From NCBI GenBank assembly GCA_043228905.1, contig JBHGNT010000368.1, positions 1-30,757 of the forward strand: a DNA stretch of 30,757 nt. Direction: 5' to 3'. The translations under genes and the position numbers were made by a program. The DNA is from Azolla caroliniana. Its lineage: Eukaryota; Plantae; Polypodiophyta. The notes under the pieces were generated by a model. It searched no databases, had not been told where the DNA came from, and was given only the letters and a program-made list of their open reading frames with translations. Below, one piece after another: positions 7,601 to 15,440 of the stretch; the stretch's first letter is position 1, and each line of letters opens with the position of its first letter.

Positions 7601-10377
7601 CTGACGCGAAACCCATCGCTCAACGTCGGTACCGGATGAATCCAAACTATGCGGCAAAGGTGAAGGAGGAAATTGACAAGCTTCTCCGGGTCGGATTTAT
7701 CCGACCAGTCAAGCAGGCAACCTGGCTAAGCCCGATAGTGGTGGTCCCGAAAAAGAACGGCAAAATCCGGGTATGTGTGGACTACAGGAAACTAAATGCC
7801 GCGACAGTGACCGACGCTTTTCCACTACCATTCACGGACGGAGTGCTAGATGCAGTGGCCGGCCACGAAGTTTACAGCTTCCTGGATGGATTCAACGGCT
7901 ACAACCAAATCCGAATGAACCCGGCCGACCAAGAGAAAACAGCGTTCGTGACGGAATGGGGAGTGTTCGTCGCGGTCGTGATGATGTTCGGATTAAAGAC
8001 AGCCCCTGCAACATTTCAAAGGATAATTATGGAAATCTTCGGTGATTTTATTCCCGGTTTTATGCAGGTCTTCCTAGACGATTTCGCCGTCTACAGCCGA
8101 CACGGAGAGCATCTCGATCACCTACGACTATGCTTAGAAAAGTGCCGCGAGTACCGATTAAGTCTGAACCCGGCTAAGTGCGTCTTTGGAGTCGCAAGCG
8201 GCAACTTGTTAGGCCACGTGGTGAGTCGGGAAGGAATCGCGGTAGATCCGGATAAGGTAAAAGCAATTCTCGACGCACCGGCACCGAATAGCGCAAAGGC
8301 TTTAAGCCGATTCCTTGGTCAAATAAGGTGGCATAGTCGGATGATACGGCACCTTGCCGACTTTGCTACACCATTGCACGCTGCTGTACATAGAGTACCT
8401 TTCCAATGGACAGAAACGGAGGAGAAAGCCTACCAAGCGTTGAAGGTAATGCTGTCACAAGCTCCGGTGGTGCAGCCGCCGGACTGGAGTAAAAGCTTTC
8501 ACGTCTTCGTCGACGCGTCGGACGTAGCAATCGGCAGCGTTTTGATGCAACTCACGGAACCGAACTGGTATCGGCCGGTGTACTACGCAAGCAGGAAACT
8601 CTCGAAAGCCGAACGGAACTACTCTACAACGGAACGAGAGGCATTAGGAATGGTGTACAGTGTCACAAAGTACAGGCACTATCTGCTCGGACGAAAGTTC
8701 TCCTTCCACGTTGACCACTCGGCACTACTCTACCTGGTCTCAAAGGCAGCCCTGACAGGAAAACTCGCACGGTGGACGCTGCTATTACAGGAATTCGAAT
8801 TCGACATTTTCCACCGACCCGGGGTGCAGCATGCGGTAGCAGACTACCTGAGCAGACTAGAATCCGGAGAATCAGGGGACGGCGTACAGGACGAATTTCC
8901 TGACGCCGAGCTGTTTAAGGTCACGACGGCACCGGCAACGGAGACCACAGTAGCGGACGAAGACAAATGGTTAACCGAAATGCATCAGTTCCTGAGCACC
9001 GGAGTTCCCCCGGAAAACCTGGACCGAGACGAACGGAAAAGGATGGCAGTACGGAGCAGACATTTCTGCTTGGTAGGAGACACCCTCTATCACAAGGGGG
9101 CAGATGGCGTATGGAGGCGAGCAGTGCGGAGCGATGAAAAGGATCTGATCCTGAGGGAAGCCCACTGTGGAATTGCAGGCGGGCATTATGCCGGCGAAAC
9201 AACAACCCGGAAGATATGGCAGAGCGGACTATGGTGTCCGACTACCATGAGAGATGCCGTTAAGTATAGCAGGGAATGCGACCTGTGTCAACGACTGGGC
9301 CAACCCACGGAGCAGGCCCGGATGCCACATCACCCGGTCTTGCCATTAGAACCATTCCAAAAGTGGGGCTTGGACTTTGTCGGCCCCTTTAAGCCACCGG
9401 CAATGCGGACCGGAAATCGGTATATAATAGTGGCTACCGACTACTGCACCAAATGGGTAGAAGCAAAGGCACTACGGGACAACACGGCGGCGTCCACGGC
9501 CAAATTTTTATATGAATGCATATGGTGTCGGTACGGATGCCCGATTGAGCTGATCAGTGACCAGGGAGGACATTTCCTCGGGCAGGTGGTGGAAAGTTTG
9601 ACATCATTCTATGCGGTAGTACACAAACGAAGCACTCCCTACTACCCTCAAGCCAACGGATTAGCGGAATCAACAAACAAAACGCTACAGAACATCCTTA
9701 GAAAAATCGTCAATGAGAACCGGACCGACTGGGACACGAAGTTGCAGAGCGTGCTGTGGGCGTACCGAACGGCGTACAAGACCAGCATCCGGACGACCCC
9801 GTTCCGACTGGCATTCGGCTTGGAAGCAGTCATGCCAGAAGAATTCCAAATTCCTAGCTTAAGAATACAGGTTAAGGAGCGGTTAAGCGAGAAGGAATCC
9901 GAACGAATCCGGCTGAAGATGCTGTTAGAACTGGAAGAAAATCGAATAGCCAGCCTGCTACAGCTAGAACTAGAGCAAAGGAGGAGGAAAGCCTTTGTAG
10001 ACCGACACCGGCGCGGTAACGAAAAGGAATTCGAGGTCGGGAAACCTGTATTACTGTTCCAGACAAGGATGGGGAGCATGCCAGGGAAATTGCGATTTCG
10101 GTGGACCGGACCATTCTGGATCACAAAGGAGTACAATGGGTCTTACCAGCTCGGGACGTTGTCAGGAGAGGTTGTGGGCAAATGGGCAAATGGTTTTCGC
10201 CTAAAACCGTATAAGGGGCACATGCCAGCTAACCCCTTCAAGCAAGACCCGGACATCCTGAATGGCGAGGAACCGACACAGACACGGAGGACCGAGGAGC
10301 CGACACCGACGCGTAACAACGAGGAACCGACAACAGGGCGCACCAACCCGAACACATCGGGGGGAACCGAACAATGA
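4642..10377 (+). CDS. gag-pol: Gag-Pol polyprotein (1911 aa from first ATG after the PBS): gag, three CCHC knuckles, aspartic protease, RT, RNase H, integrase
   Basis: Uninterrupted ORF; IIDGGSGVN (PR), RVCVDYRKLN/FLDGFNGYNQI/FLDD (RT), VDASD…TEREALG…DH (RH), H-H-CDLC, WGLDFVGP, SDQG, QANGLAE and GPF (INT); no chromodomain. The track start at 4558 is a GTG inside the LTR. Confidence 0.96.
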   Translation: MSRQNNDHITERGRRHAERQRRREALQQAVDEIRRDRSFSKTLRQIAEDALQFQVLQASDEGSSITSLQEAETLLQTLAGGDGDAAAFATLEADSDSGESVGSRYKSSHENNPFESDHSATSEPEEEITLEFGDRQSPRREERIPTPPAEEPQERLSTPPAEEPQERIPTPPAEEPQERRPTSEEPAQENQWDDTMPYPYPKYRDEPDGEAHVYAFLRTWEANHVSQRLTEPEADRSKVAEFGMTLEGPAARWHAKHLPGSFATFEALKTQFLRLFHRRVEQRELVGQFYTTRQGENETVPQFIIRFQTLHSQLARAPPEEEAKAVFLAALKDPLRAMCGILDFSTSTMDQVIDRVLEMDNTSPFLPMGALHQALPKEEDLGFRQALQCTTCLNSGHSTVDCTLRAQCMICNSRAHTTNRCEYNLLTRQAAPVRHIEPRNRDPEEDRFRRDDRYRRERGDRYPDRRRDSYDREENRRDSYPRDRYDRDESPEYERRREERRPGNRNFRRNQRRGFFRREERREATRNDKPVAAPENRKTEDNRRGMPLPQTWEKGESSNTHRVYCYYCRKEGHYSNQCPSKTADKQPAVNMVTTEVQQVTTRSKGKAAEWEAQEAIRKQAAQWIKEANEQGAAEVRNQNMPREEEIVQPGENPTWQALQDCQIVLPLARLLQLVPRFTADLQAAVSKPTPTPAPAFFSNPEEGPAVVDTSSPTITTIVKGKEIPGTIIDGGSGVNVISRQTCDDLGIQEWEPCPFWLRMADTSPVRPTGLIRDLEVTIGGHVFRISAVVLELNVQGAYPLLLGRPWLRTAHIKQNWQKNMITFRRGKTKVRVATQPRVLTSKEATPLYAESINMLEGLPDEEVDRYLEEHPQIVPLFEVDITAAVEPYITMPDEPDKVAIRELRQAQEALEREMMISQRVKASQLEEVDLGTTEQPRPVKVAKELPKEEKQAMVALLTDFKDVFAWSYEDMRGLDPQLYQHQIHLSTDAKPIAQRRYRMNPNYAAKVKEEIDKLLRVGFIRPVKQATWLSPIVVVPKKNGKIRVCVDYRKLNAATVTDAFPLPFTDGVLDAVAGHEVYSFLDGFNGYNQIRMNPADQEKTAFVTEWGVFVAVVMMFGLKTAPATFQRIIMEIFGDFIPGFMQVFLDDFAVYSRHGEHLDHLRLCLEKCREYRLSLNPAKCVFGVASGNLLGHVVSREGIAVDPDKVKAILDAPAPNSAKALSRFLGQIRWHSRMIRHLADFATPLHAAVHRVPFQWTETEEKAYQALKVMLSQAPVVQPPDWSKSFHVFVDASDVAIGSVLMQLTEPNWYRPVYYASRKLSKAERNYSTTEREALGMVYSVTKYRHYLLGRKFSFHVDHSALLYLVSKAALTGKLARWTLLLQEFEFDIFHRPGVQHAVADYLSRLESGESGDGVQDEFPDAELFKVTTAPATETTVADEDKWLTEMHQFLSTGVPPENLDRDERKRMAVRSRHFCLVGDTLYHKGADGVWRRAVRSDEKDLILREAHCGIAGGHYAGETTTRKIWQSGLWCPTTMRDAVKYSRECDLCQRLGQPTEQARMPHHPVLPLEPFQKWGLDFVGPFKPPAMRTGNRYIIVATDYCTKWVEAKALRDNTAASTAKFLYECIWCRYGCPIELISDQGGHFLGQVVESLTSFYAVVHKRSTPYYPQANGLAESTNKTLQNILRKIVNENRTDWDTKLQSVLWAYRTAYKTSIRTTPFRLAFGLEAVMPEEFQIPSLRIQVKERLSEKESERIRLKMLLELEENRIASLLQLELEQRRRKAFVDRHRRGNEKEFEVGKPVLLFQTRMGSMPGKLRFRWTGPFWITKEYNGSYQLGTLSGEVVGKWANGFRLKPYKGHMPANPFKQDPDILNGEEPTQTRRTEEPTPTRNNEEPTTGRTNPNTSGGTEQ
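5065..5208 (+). repeat. 36-bp coding tandem repeat (ERIPTPPAEEPQ x3 plus a degenerate unit) in the Gag N-terminal extension
   Basis: Units start at 5065, 5101, 5137, 5173. Confidence 0.9.
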
Positions 10378-10390
10378 TGCGGCATATGTT

Positions 10391-10427
10391 TAAAAAAAAA
10401 AAAAATAAAAAAAATAAAAATAAAAAA
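10391..10427 (+). repeat. A-rich tract with AATAAA hexamers just after the gag-pol stop
   Basis: A15-T-A8-T-A5-T-A6 run. Confidence 0.85.
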
Positions 10428-10669
10428 TGATGACGTGGTGCTACGGTCAAGAAAATTCAAGACAAGAAGATCAAGAAAATCATGGTAATGATGAAGGAGG
10501 TAGTTACAACCGTCACACGGGTGCACGAGCTATTTAAAGCACAGAACGTGGGGGGCCGATGTACAGGATTTAAAACGCGCGTCAATTAAGGAGTCATAAT
10601 GACAGACACGTAGGAGATTCGACACACGCGGCAAAGAAGCGCAAGCATGACACGCGGCAGCAAAGGACA

Positions 10670-10832
10670 GACATACTATTCATGACACAGCATGCGCAGG
10701 CGCCAAAAATAGGACATGCTATTCATGACAGAGCATGCGCAGGCGCCAAAAATAGGACATGCTATTCAAGGCAGAACACGTGCAGCCGCCAAAATTAAAG
10801 AGTGACATGCTAATTATGGCAGAGGACGCGCG
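10670..10832 (+). repeat. 43-bp tandem repeat array upstream of ORF2
   Basis: GACAT(A/G)CTATTCATGACA(C/G)AGCATGCGCAGGCGCCAAAAATAG units at 10670, 10713, 10756 and degenerate at 10804. Confidence 0.88.
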
Positions 10833-10867
10833 AAAAACAGGAAAAGGCGGCTCGAGGGAAACGCCAC

Positions 10868-10900
10868 TATATAAAGGAAGAACCGGAGAAGGGTTCACTT
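10868..10900 (+). promoter_or_regulatory. putative internal Pol II core promoter for ORF2
   Basis: TATATAAA at 10868-10875, pyrimidine-purine initiator TTCACT about 28 nt later, ATG-free leader to a strong-context ATG at 11011. Confidence 0.6.
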
Positions 10901-11010
10901 TTTACGAATTTTCCCACAAGCAAACGCAGGCTCAAGACAGCGAGATCCGACGCGCAGAACACCTACACCCCGACCTCAGACCACAGGCAGCAGCAGACGA
11001 AGAAGAAGCA

Positions 11011-13926
11011 ATGGCACTGTCGGAAGGAGCGCGACAATGGCTGACGGAGAACGGATTAGGAGGGCTGCTGCGGGTCGTTGACGCTCCACCACACAAGGAA
11101 CCAGAGCAGGCGGCAACAACAGTGGACCTGGCAGAAGTCACCGAAGGAGCGGTACAAGCGCTCACCGGGATTGCGGAGGGTGGACTTCAGACAATAGAGC
11201 TACCCTCGAGCCAAATATTCTTCGAGTATTTCGGCGAATATTCCCTCAGCAGCAAGGCGTATCGCACACAGGGCGGAGCGAACCTGCTGTTCGGAGAGGT
11301 GGCCCGCGCCCTGATGGAGTATGGGTTCGTGAACCCTCGTCCGGCAGCCATAGCCAAATACCGAGCAGCGATCGTCATCGCGACATTCGAAGGCCTGCAG
11401 GTGGACTGGCTCCACTTCATCACCGAAGGACTGAAAGAGGCGATAAAGCACTTGGTGGAAGGGAAGAAGCCATGGGCCGGAATATCCCAATGGTTAACAG
11501 TGTTGGTCCCACCGGTGTCCCCCATCAAGCACAAGCAAAGAAGTCGGCAGGAGACTACCCCGAAGCAAACCATGAAGCGCCGACGAATCCTAGAGAAACA
11601 CACTCCAGGATGGACACAGGAAGAAGAAGCGCCGCCAGAAGAGGGATCATCCCGACAGCCGCGGAAAGAAGGCTCATCTCGACAACCGAGGGAAGAAGAC
11701 TCCTCCCGACAGCAACGGGAGGAAGGCTCATCACGGCAGCCACAGAAACAGCAACAACAACCGACAACGAAGAAGAAAAAGGCGGAAAAAGGCAAGGAGA
11801 AGGTGGCAAAGAAGACCAGCAAGAGGCAAACCGACACCGAACCAGTAACGCTCGAATCGGAACCGGTACCAGTAAAGGAACCAATAGTGGCACCGACGGA
11901 GGACGCTGAAACAGAGGAAGACTCATCCGAACCGATGTTAATACTACCACCCATGCAAGGAAAGGAGAAACGAGCGACAAGACCGACCCCAACAGCGGAC
12001 AGAACTCAGCAACGGGCAAAAGAACCGCCTCCAGTAACCGGAACAGAAGCGACACAGGATGAAGGTCCGTCTGCACCAAAGACGGCAGTACCGGAACCGA
12101 CGGCGGCGGAGTTCGAAGAACAAAGAAAGGAACAAGCGCCGGAACAAGAGAAGAGGCCGGAGAAACAGCCGAAAAAACAGCCGGAGCTAGGCACGCCTGC
12201 TGACACCAACGAAGGCAGAACAAAGGCACAATGGCTAAGGTGGTTGTCAGGGCAGTTGTCGGGAGTAGCAGACCAGATGGAGAAAGAGGAGGAGCAAAGA
12301 GAAGAAGTGACTAGGACGACGACTAAGGATATGGTCATGCTCCGGGCACAATTACATGAGCTGCAAGAAGAGCTAGCACAGGCAAAAGAAGGCAGCCGAC
12401 AAGCACAAGATGGCACCGAGCCGGTCGGGACATCAGAAAAGCAAGCCGAACCAGAAACGGAGAAGGCCTTGCAAACCGGCCCTGAGACCGAGAAGTTAAT
12501 AGCAACTTTGAAAGAAGAATTACAGGCTCAGGAGGCATTGAGAGATAACGAAAGAGAGCAGCGGAAGTTGGTAGAAGACGACAGACGGCGAATGGAGGAA
12601 GGCCTTCGCCGAAGCAAAGCCACCAATGACCGACTACAAGAAGAAAACGGGACACTGCAAAAGGAAAAAGATAGGCTGCGCCGACGAATGGAGCAGGAAA
12701 TTGAGCGGTTGCGAGAGGAACTCCGACAACAAAAGGACCGGGATGATAAGTTGCGAGCTCAGGCGAACCGACGCCTAAAACAGAAGACGGAGGAATTCGA
12801 CCGACTATGTAAGGATTATAAACAGGCCACGTCGGACATCAAGAATCAGGCAGCAACGTACGACCGACAGATAGAGAAGTTGAAAGAGCAGCTCAAGGAA
12901 AACCGCTTGGAATTGTCCAAAGCAAGGGAGGAAGTATCGGCGGAGAAGACCTTGACGTCGGAACAAAGAAAGGAGATGGAAGTACTTCGGCAGAAAGTAG
13001 GGGAACTGACAAAGAGCCGGAACGAGGAAAAAGTGAAGTCGACTTTCGAAATCAACAAATGGCGGAGTACCTGTGACAAGCAAAAAGCCGACTCTGAAGC
13101 TCAAGCTCAGTTAATGGCCGACATCATCAAACGGATAAGGAAGGAAAAACAAGCAGCTTCGGAACAGGCTAAAGCAGGGGTTGACCGAATTAAGTTCATC
13201 ATGTCAAGCTGGAGTACCCGAGCTCAGGCCAGCATAAATGAAAGCACGGAGAAACTCTGGAGGGAATGGGCACAACAGGCAGCTGAACTGCAGACACTCC
13301 GAGCTGATGCAGAAAATCGGAAGAAAACCGGAGATGGGTTCTATAAAATGGACGAAGAAAGTATCGTCAACATCCGGGAAGAATTGTCGGAGGATTTCTA
13401 TGCTCTAGCAGAAGAGCATCTCAAGGAAATCCGAGGGTTAGTAGAGAGGTTGGATGACGGGCAGCTCGAAACCCAACTAGAATTGGAAGGGTACGAGAAG
13501 GACCGACTGCGACAGGAAGCCGAGGGACACACAACGCCGATCTCCATTAGTGAGGGCGAGCGACCGGCTGAAGAGGACCCAACCAACAATGCACCCCGAC
13601 AAGAATTACCCGAGGAAGAACTTCCGGAGCAAGAGCAGGTTGATGCCGGGGATGATGCAGAGTGGAGACAGAGAAGTACCGAATCCGGGGAGGAAAGGAC
13701 ACAACCAGTGGAAACCGGAGAGAGCGATACCGGGAACGGAACGGAGGTAGAGCAGGACAGACCCGGACAGGATACAGAAGAAACACCGGTACTACCGATA
13801 CAAGCAGAGTCGGAGCAGCAAGATGCGAAAAGGCAGCCAATCCAATCGGAAGTCGGAGACGGCACAGGCAAAACAACACTTGAAACCTCTGAGCGGAGTT
13901 TGCTGGATAATTTGGAGGAAGACTGA
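11011..13926 (+). CDS. Extra 3' ORF2 (971 aa): N-terminal helical transposon-associated domain, basic NLS-like linker, long coiled coil, acidic tail; function unknown
   Basis: Uninterrupted 2.9-kb ORF (frame open from 10759); GCAATGGC start context; G-x-x-VDW-x-x-FI-x-x-x-L motif reminiscent of plant retrotransposon extra ORFs; E/K/R/Q-rich heptad region about 12230-13520; no signal peptide or transmembrane run visible. Confidence 0.88.
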   Translation: MALSEGARQWLTENGLGGLLRVVDAPPHKEPEQAATTVDLAEVTEGAVQALTGIAEGGLQTIELPSSQIFFEYFGEYSLSSKAYRTQGGANLLFGEVARALMEYGFVNPRPAAIAKYRAAIVIATFEGLQVDWLHFITEGLKEAIKHLVEGKKPWAGISQWLTVLVPPVSPIKHKQRSRQETTPKQTMKRRRILEKHTPGWTQEEEAPPEEGSSRQPRKEGSSRQPREEDSSRQQREEGSSRQPQKQQQQPTTKKKKAEKGKEKVAKKTSKRQTDTEPVTLESEPVPVKEPIVAPTEDAETEEDSSEPMLILPPMQGKEKRATRPTPTADRTQQRAKEPPPVTGTEATQDEGPSAPKTAVPEPTAAEFEEQRKEQAPEQEKRPEKQPKKQPELGTPADTNEGRTKAQWLRWLSGQLSGVADQMEKEEEQREEVTRTTTKDMVMLRAQLHELQEELAQAKEGSRQAQDGTEPVGTSEKQAEPETEKALQTGPETEKLIATLKEELQAQEALRDNEREQRKLVEDDRRRMEEGLRRSKATNDRLQEENGTLQKEKDRLRRRMEQEIERLREELRQQKDRDDKLRAQANRRLKQKTEEFDRLCKDYKQATSDIKNQAATYDRQIEKLKEQLKENRLELSKAREEVSAEKTLTSEQRKEMEVLRQKVGELTKSRNEEKVKSTFEINKWRSTCDKQKADSEAQAQLMADIIKRIRKEKQAASEQAKAGVDRIKFIMSSWSTRAQASINESTEKLWREWAQQAAELQTLRADAENRKKTGDGFYKMDEESIVNIREELSEDFYALAEEHLKEIRGLVERLDDGQLETQLELEGYEKDRLRQEAEGHTTPISISEGERPAEEDPTNNAPRQELPEEELPEQEQVDAGDDAEWRQRSTESGEERTQPVETGESDTGNGTEVEQDRPGQDTEETPVLPIQAESEQQDAKRQPIQSEVGDGTGKTTLETSERSLLDNLEED

Positions 13927-13976
13927 AGCCGGCTGTGGGTTCGAAGTGCAATGCACTTTCCCACGGGCGTGCCATG

Positions 13977-14347
13977 TGTTGGCCGGTCAGAGAAGGCAAA
14001 TGGGAAAGCAAGGTCGGATCGGATAAATATAGAAATAGGAATAGAATTATTAGGAGGGACGGATCCGGTAGTTGTAACCGATCCGGATCCGAACCGATTC
14101 GGTTTCGGTTAACGGTTGCCTACCGAGCACCGATTGTAATCTGGCCGGATGCCTATAAAAGGATCCGATGTTTTGTAATGAAGGGGCGAAGAATTAATAT
14201 AGTTTTGCTTATGCTGATTAATCTTGTCTTCGTCTGTGCTTAAGTGTAATTATCATACGCGTGTATTAACATCCTATCCCTACCACCCCTTTGGAGAAGT
14301 GTCGGATAGACACCTGTGTTGCGGCTAGTCCAGCCATACATACAACA
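13977..14347 (+). repeat. 3' LTR of Gypsy-B (371 bp)
   Basis: 370/371 identical to 4219-4589 by eye; followed by TSD GCACT. Confidence 0.97.
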
Positions 14348-15419
14348 GCACTTCCGGCCAAAAAGATGCCTTTGCTGCAGATGACTCCCCCACATGTATT
14401 CCTGCGGTTGTCGCATAATTGTTTTTCGCCGCGATCTCCTTCTCTAGGACCTTCTTCATGCCGCCTTTTCGGAAGTTTGGTCGGAGTGGCTTCCAAGAAT
14501 CCATTGAATGAATCCGATTTCCCTCGTAGTAGATAAGATCCCGTTGTAGCGCTTCCTTGTGCTCATCGCAATCCCTCCGATCATGTTCGGTGCTATCGCA
14601 CCATATGCACCGACGGTCCATATACTTGGAACTTGTGGGATGGTCATCTGACTTCTTCACCATCGCAATTTTTAGATTCTCTATCTCCTTCAGCAACTGC
14701 TCCACCGTAGTTGCACCGATTCCCTTCTCAGTCGTAGTTGCATCAAGCCGACGGTTGGTCTTCTGATCCGGATCTCGGTTTCAAAATCGGTTCTGAAACC
14801 CTCTTCTCTTCATTGGCAGGACATTGCCCCCTCTTTGTGTATCGCGTGACGATATCCCACACGCTTTCCCATGTTTCGGTAGTCGTATCCTCTAGCAGCA
14901 CTCCAAGATCATTCTGGTCCTGGTCGTCTACGGCTCGTAAGAACATGATAACTTTGTCCGGTGCAACGATAACTTGATCTCTCGTGGATAACCTCCCGAA
15001 CCGACTTTCGAATGCCGAAAACACATCGAGGACCTTCATCCCCTTGTCCGGCGTTTCCACCCAATCCTCGAATCCTCTCCGCGTTGCCTTGGAGGAGTCC
15101 TCGATAGCGAACGTGGTCTTTAGCGCCTCTTCAAACGCTTCCCACGTCGGATTTTGTTGTCGTAGCCCGTGGATACTTCCTTGAAGCCCGTCGGTAGCCA
15201 CCCGGTTGAAGGATGTCACTTGCAAGTCCTTCCGAAATCCTGCACCGTATCATTTCTGCCTTGTAGTCCCGAAGATAGCGTGATACGTCCTTTCCATTGC
15301 ACGAGCCGCTCTACTGCCGCCGCTATCTCCGACATCGCACGTTGTTCTTGAAGCATCCGCTCCAACATCATCATCATGTTGTTAGCCTCCGGTTGATTTT
15401 CCATCTCCTTGCCACCCAT
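14348..15419 (-). pseudogene. gag: Gypsy-A1 gag (frameshifted, with stops)
   Basis: ATG immediately after PBS; TWEAFEEALK…F gag core; CIWCDSTEHDRRDC zinc knuckle; split over ORF pieces 15216-15491, 14743-15225, 14325-14705. Confidence 0.85.
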
Positions 15420-15420
15420 G

Positions 15421-15438
15421 TTCACGTCGAGTTCACCA
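15421..15438 (-). other. primer-binding site of Gypsy-A1, tRNA-Trp
   Basis: TGGTGAACTCGACGTGAA, 2 nt after the LTR CA; 17/18 complementary to the recalled plant tRNA-Trp 3' end TTCACGTCGGGTTCACCA. Confidence 0.85.
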
Positions 15439-15440
15439 CT

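Larger units (their letters stand above)
4219..14347 (+). mobile_element. Full-length, very young non-chromovirus Ty3/Gypsy element (Gypsy-B) with an extra 3' ORF
   Basis: Two 371-bp LTRs differing at one base, 5-bp TSD GCACT (4214-4218 and 14348-14352), PBS, intact gag-pol in PR-RT-RH-INT order, second intact ORF. Confidence 0.97.

Noticed and set aside
10759-11010. ORF2 start at 10759 as in the ORF track
   Set aside because: That ATG lies inside the 43-bp repeats upstream of the TATA box; 11011 has much better context, though this is not proven
11011-13926. ORF2 as a retroviral-type envelope or a captured SMC/myosin gene
   Set aside because: No signal peptide, TM helix or Walker motifs visible; coiled-coil resemblance is compositional
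4590-14011. Many antisense and alternative-frame ORFs overlapping gag-pol and ORF2
   Set aside because: Shadow ORFs expected from GC-rich, purine-biased coding sequence; no motifs
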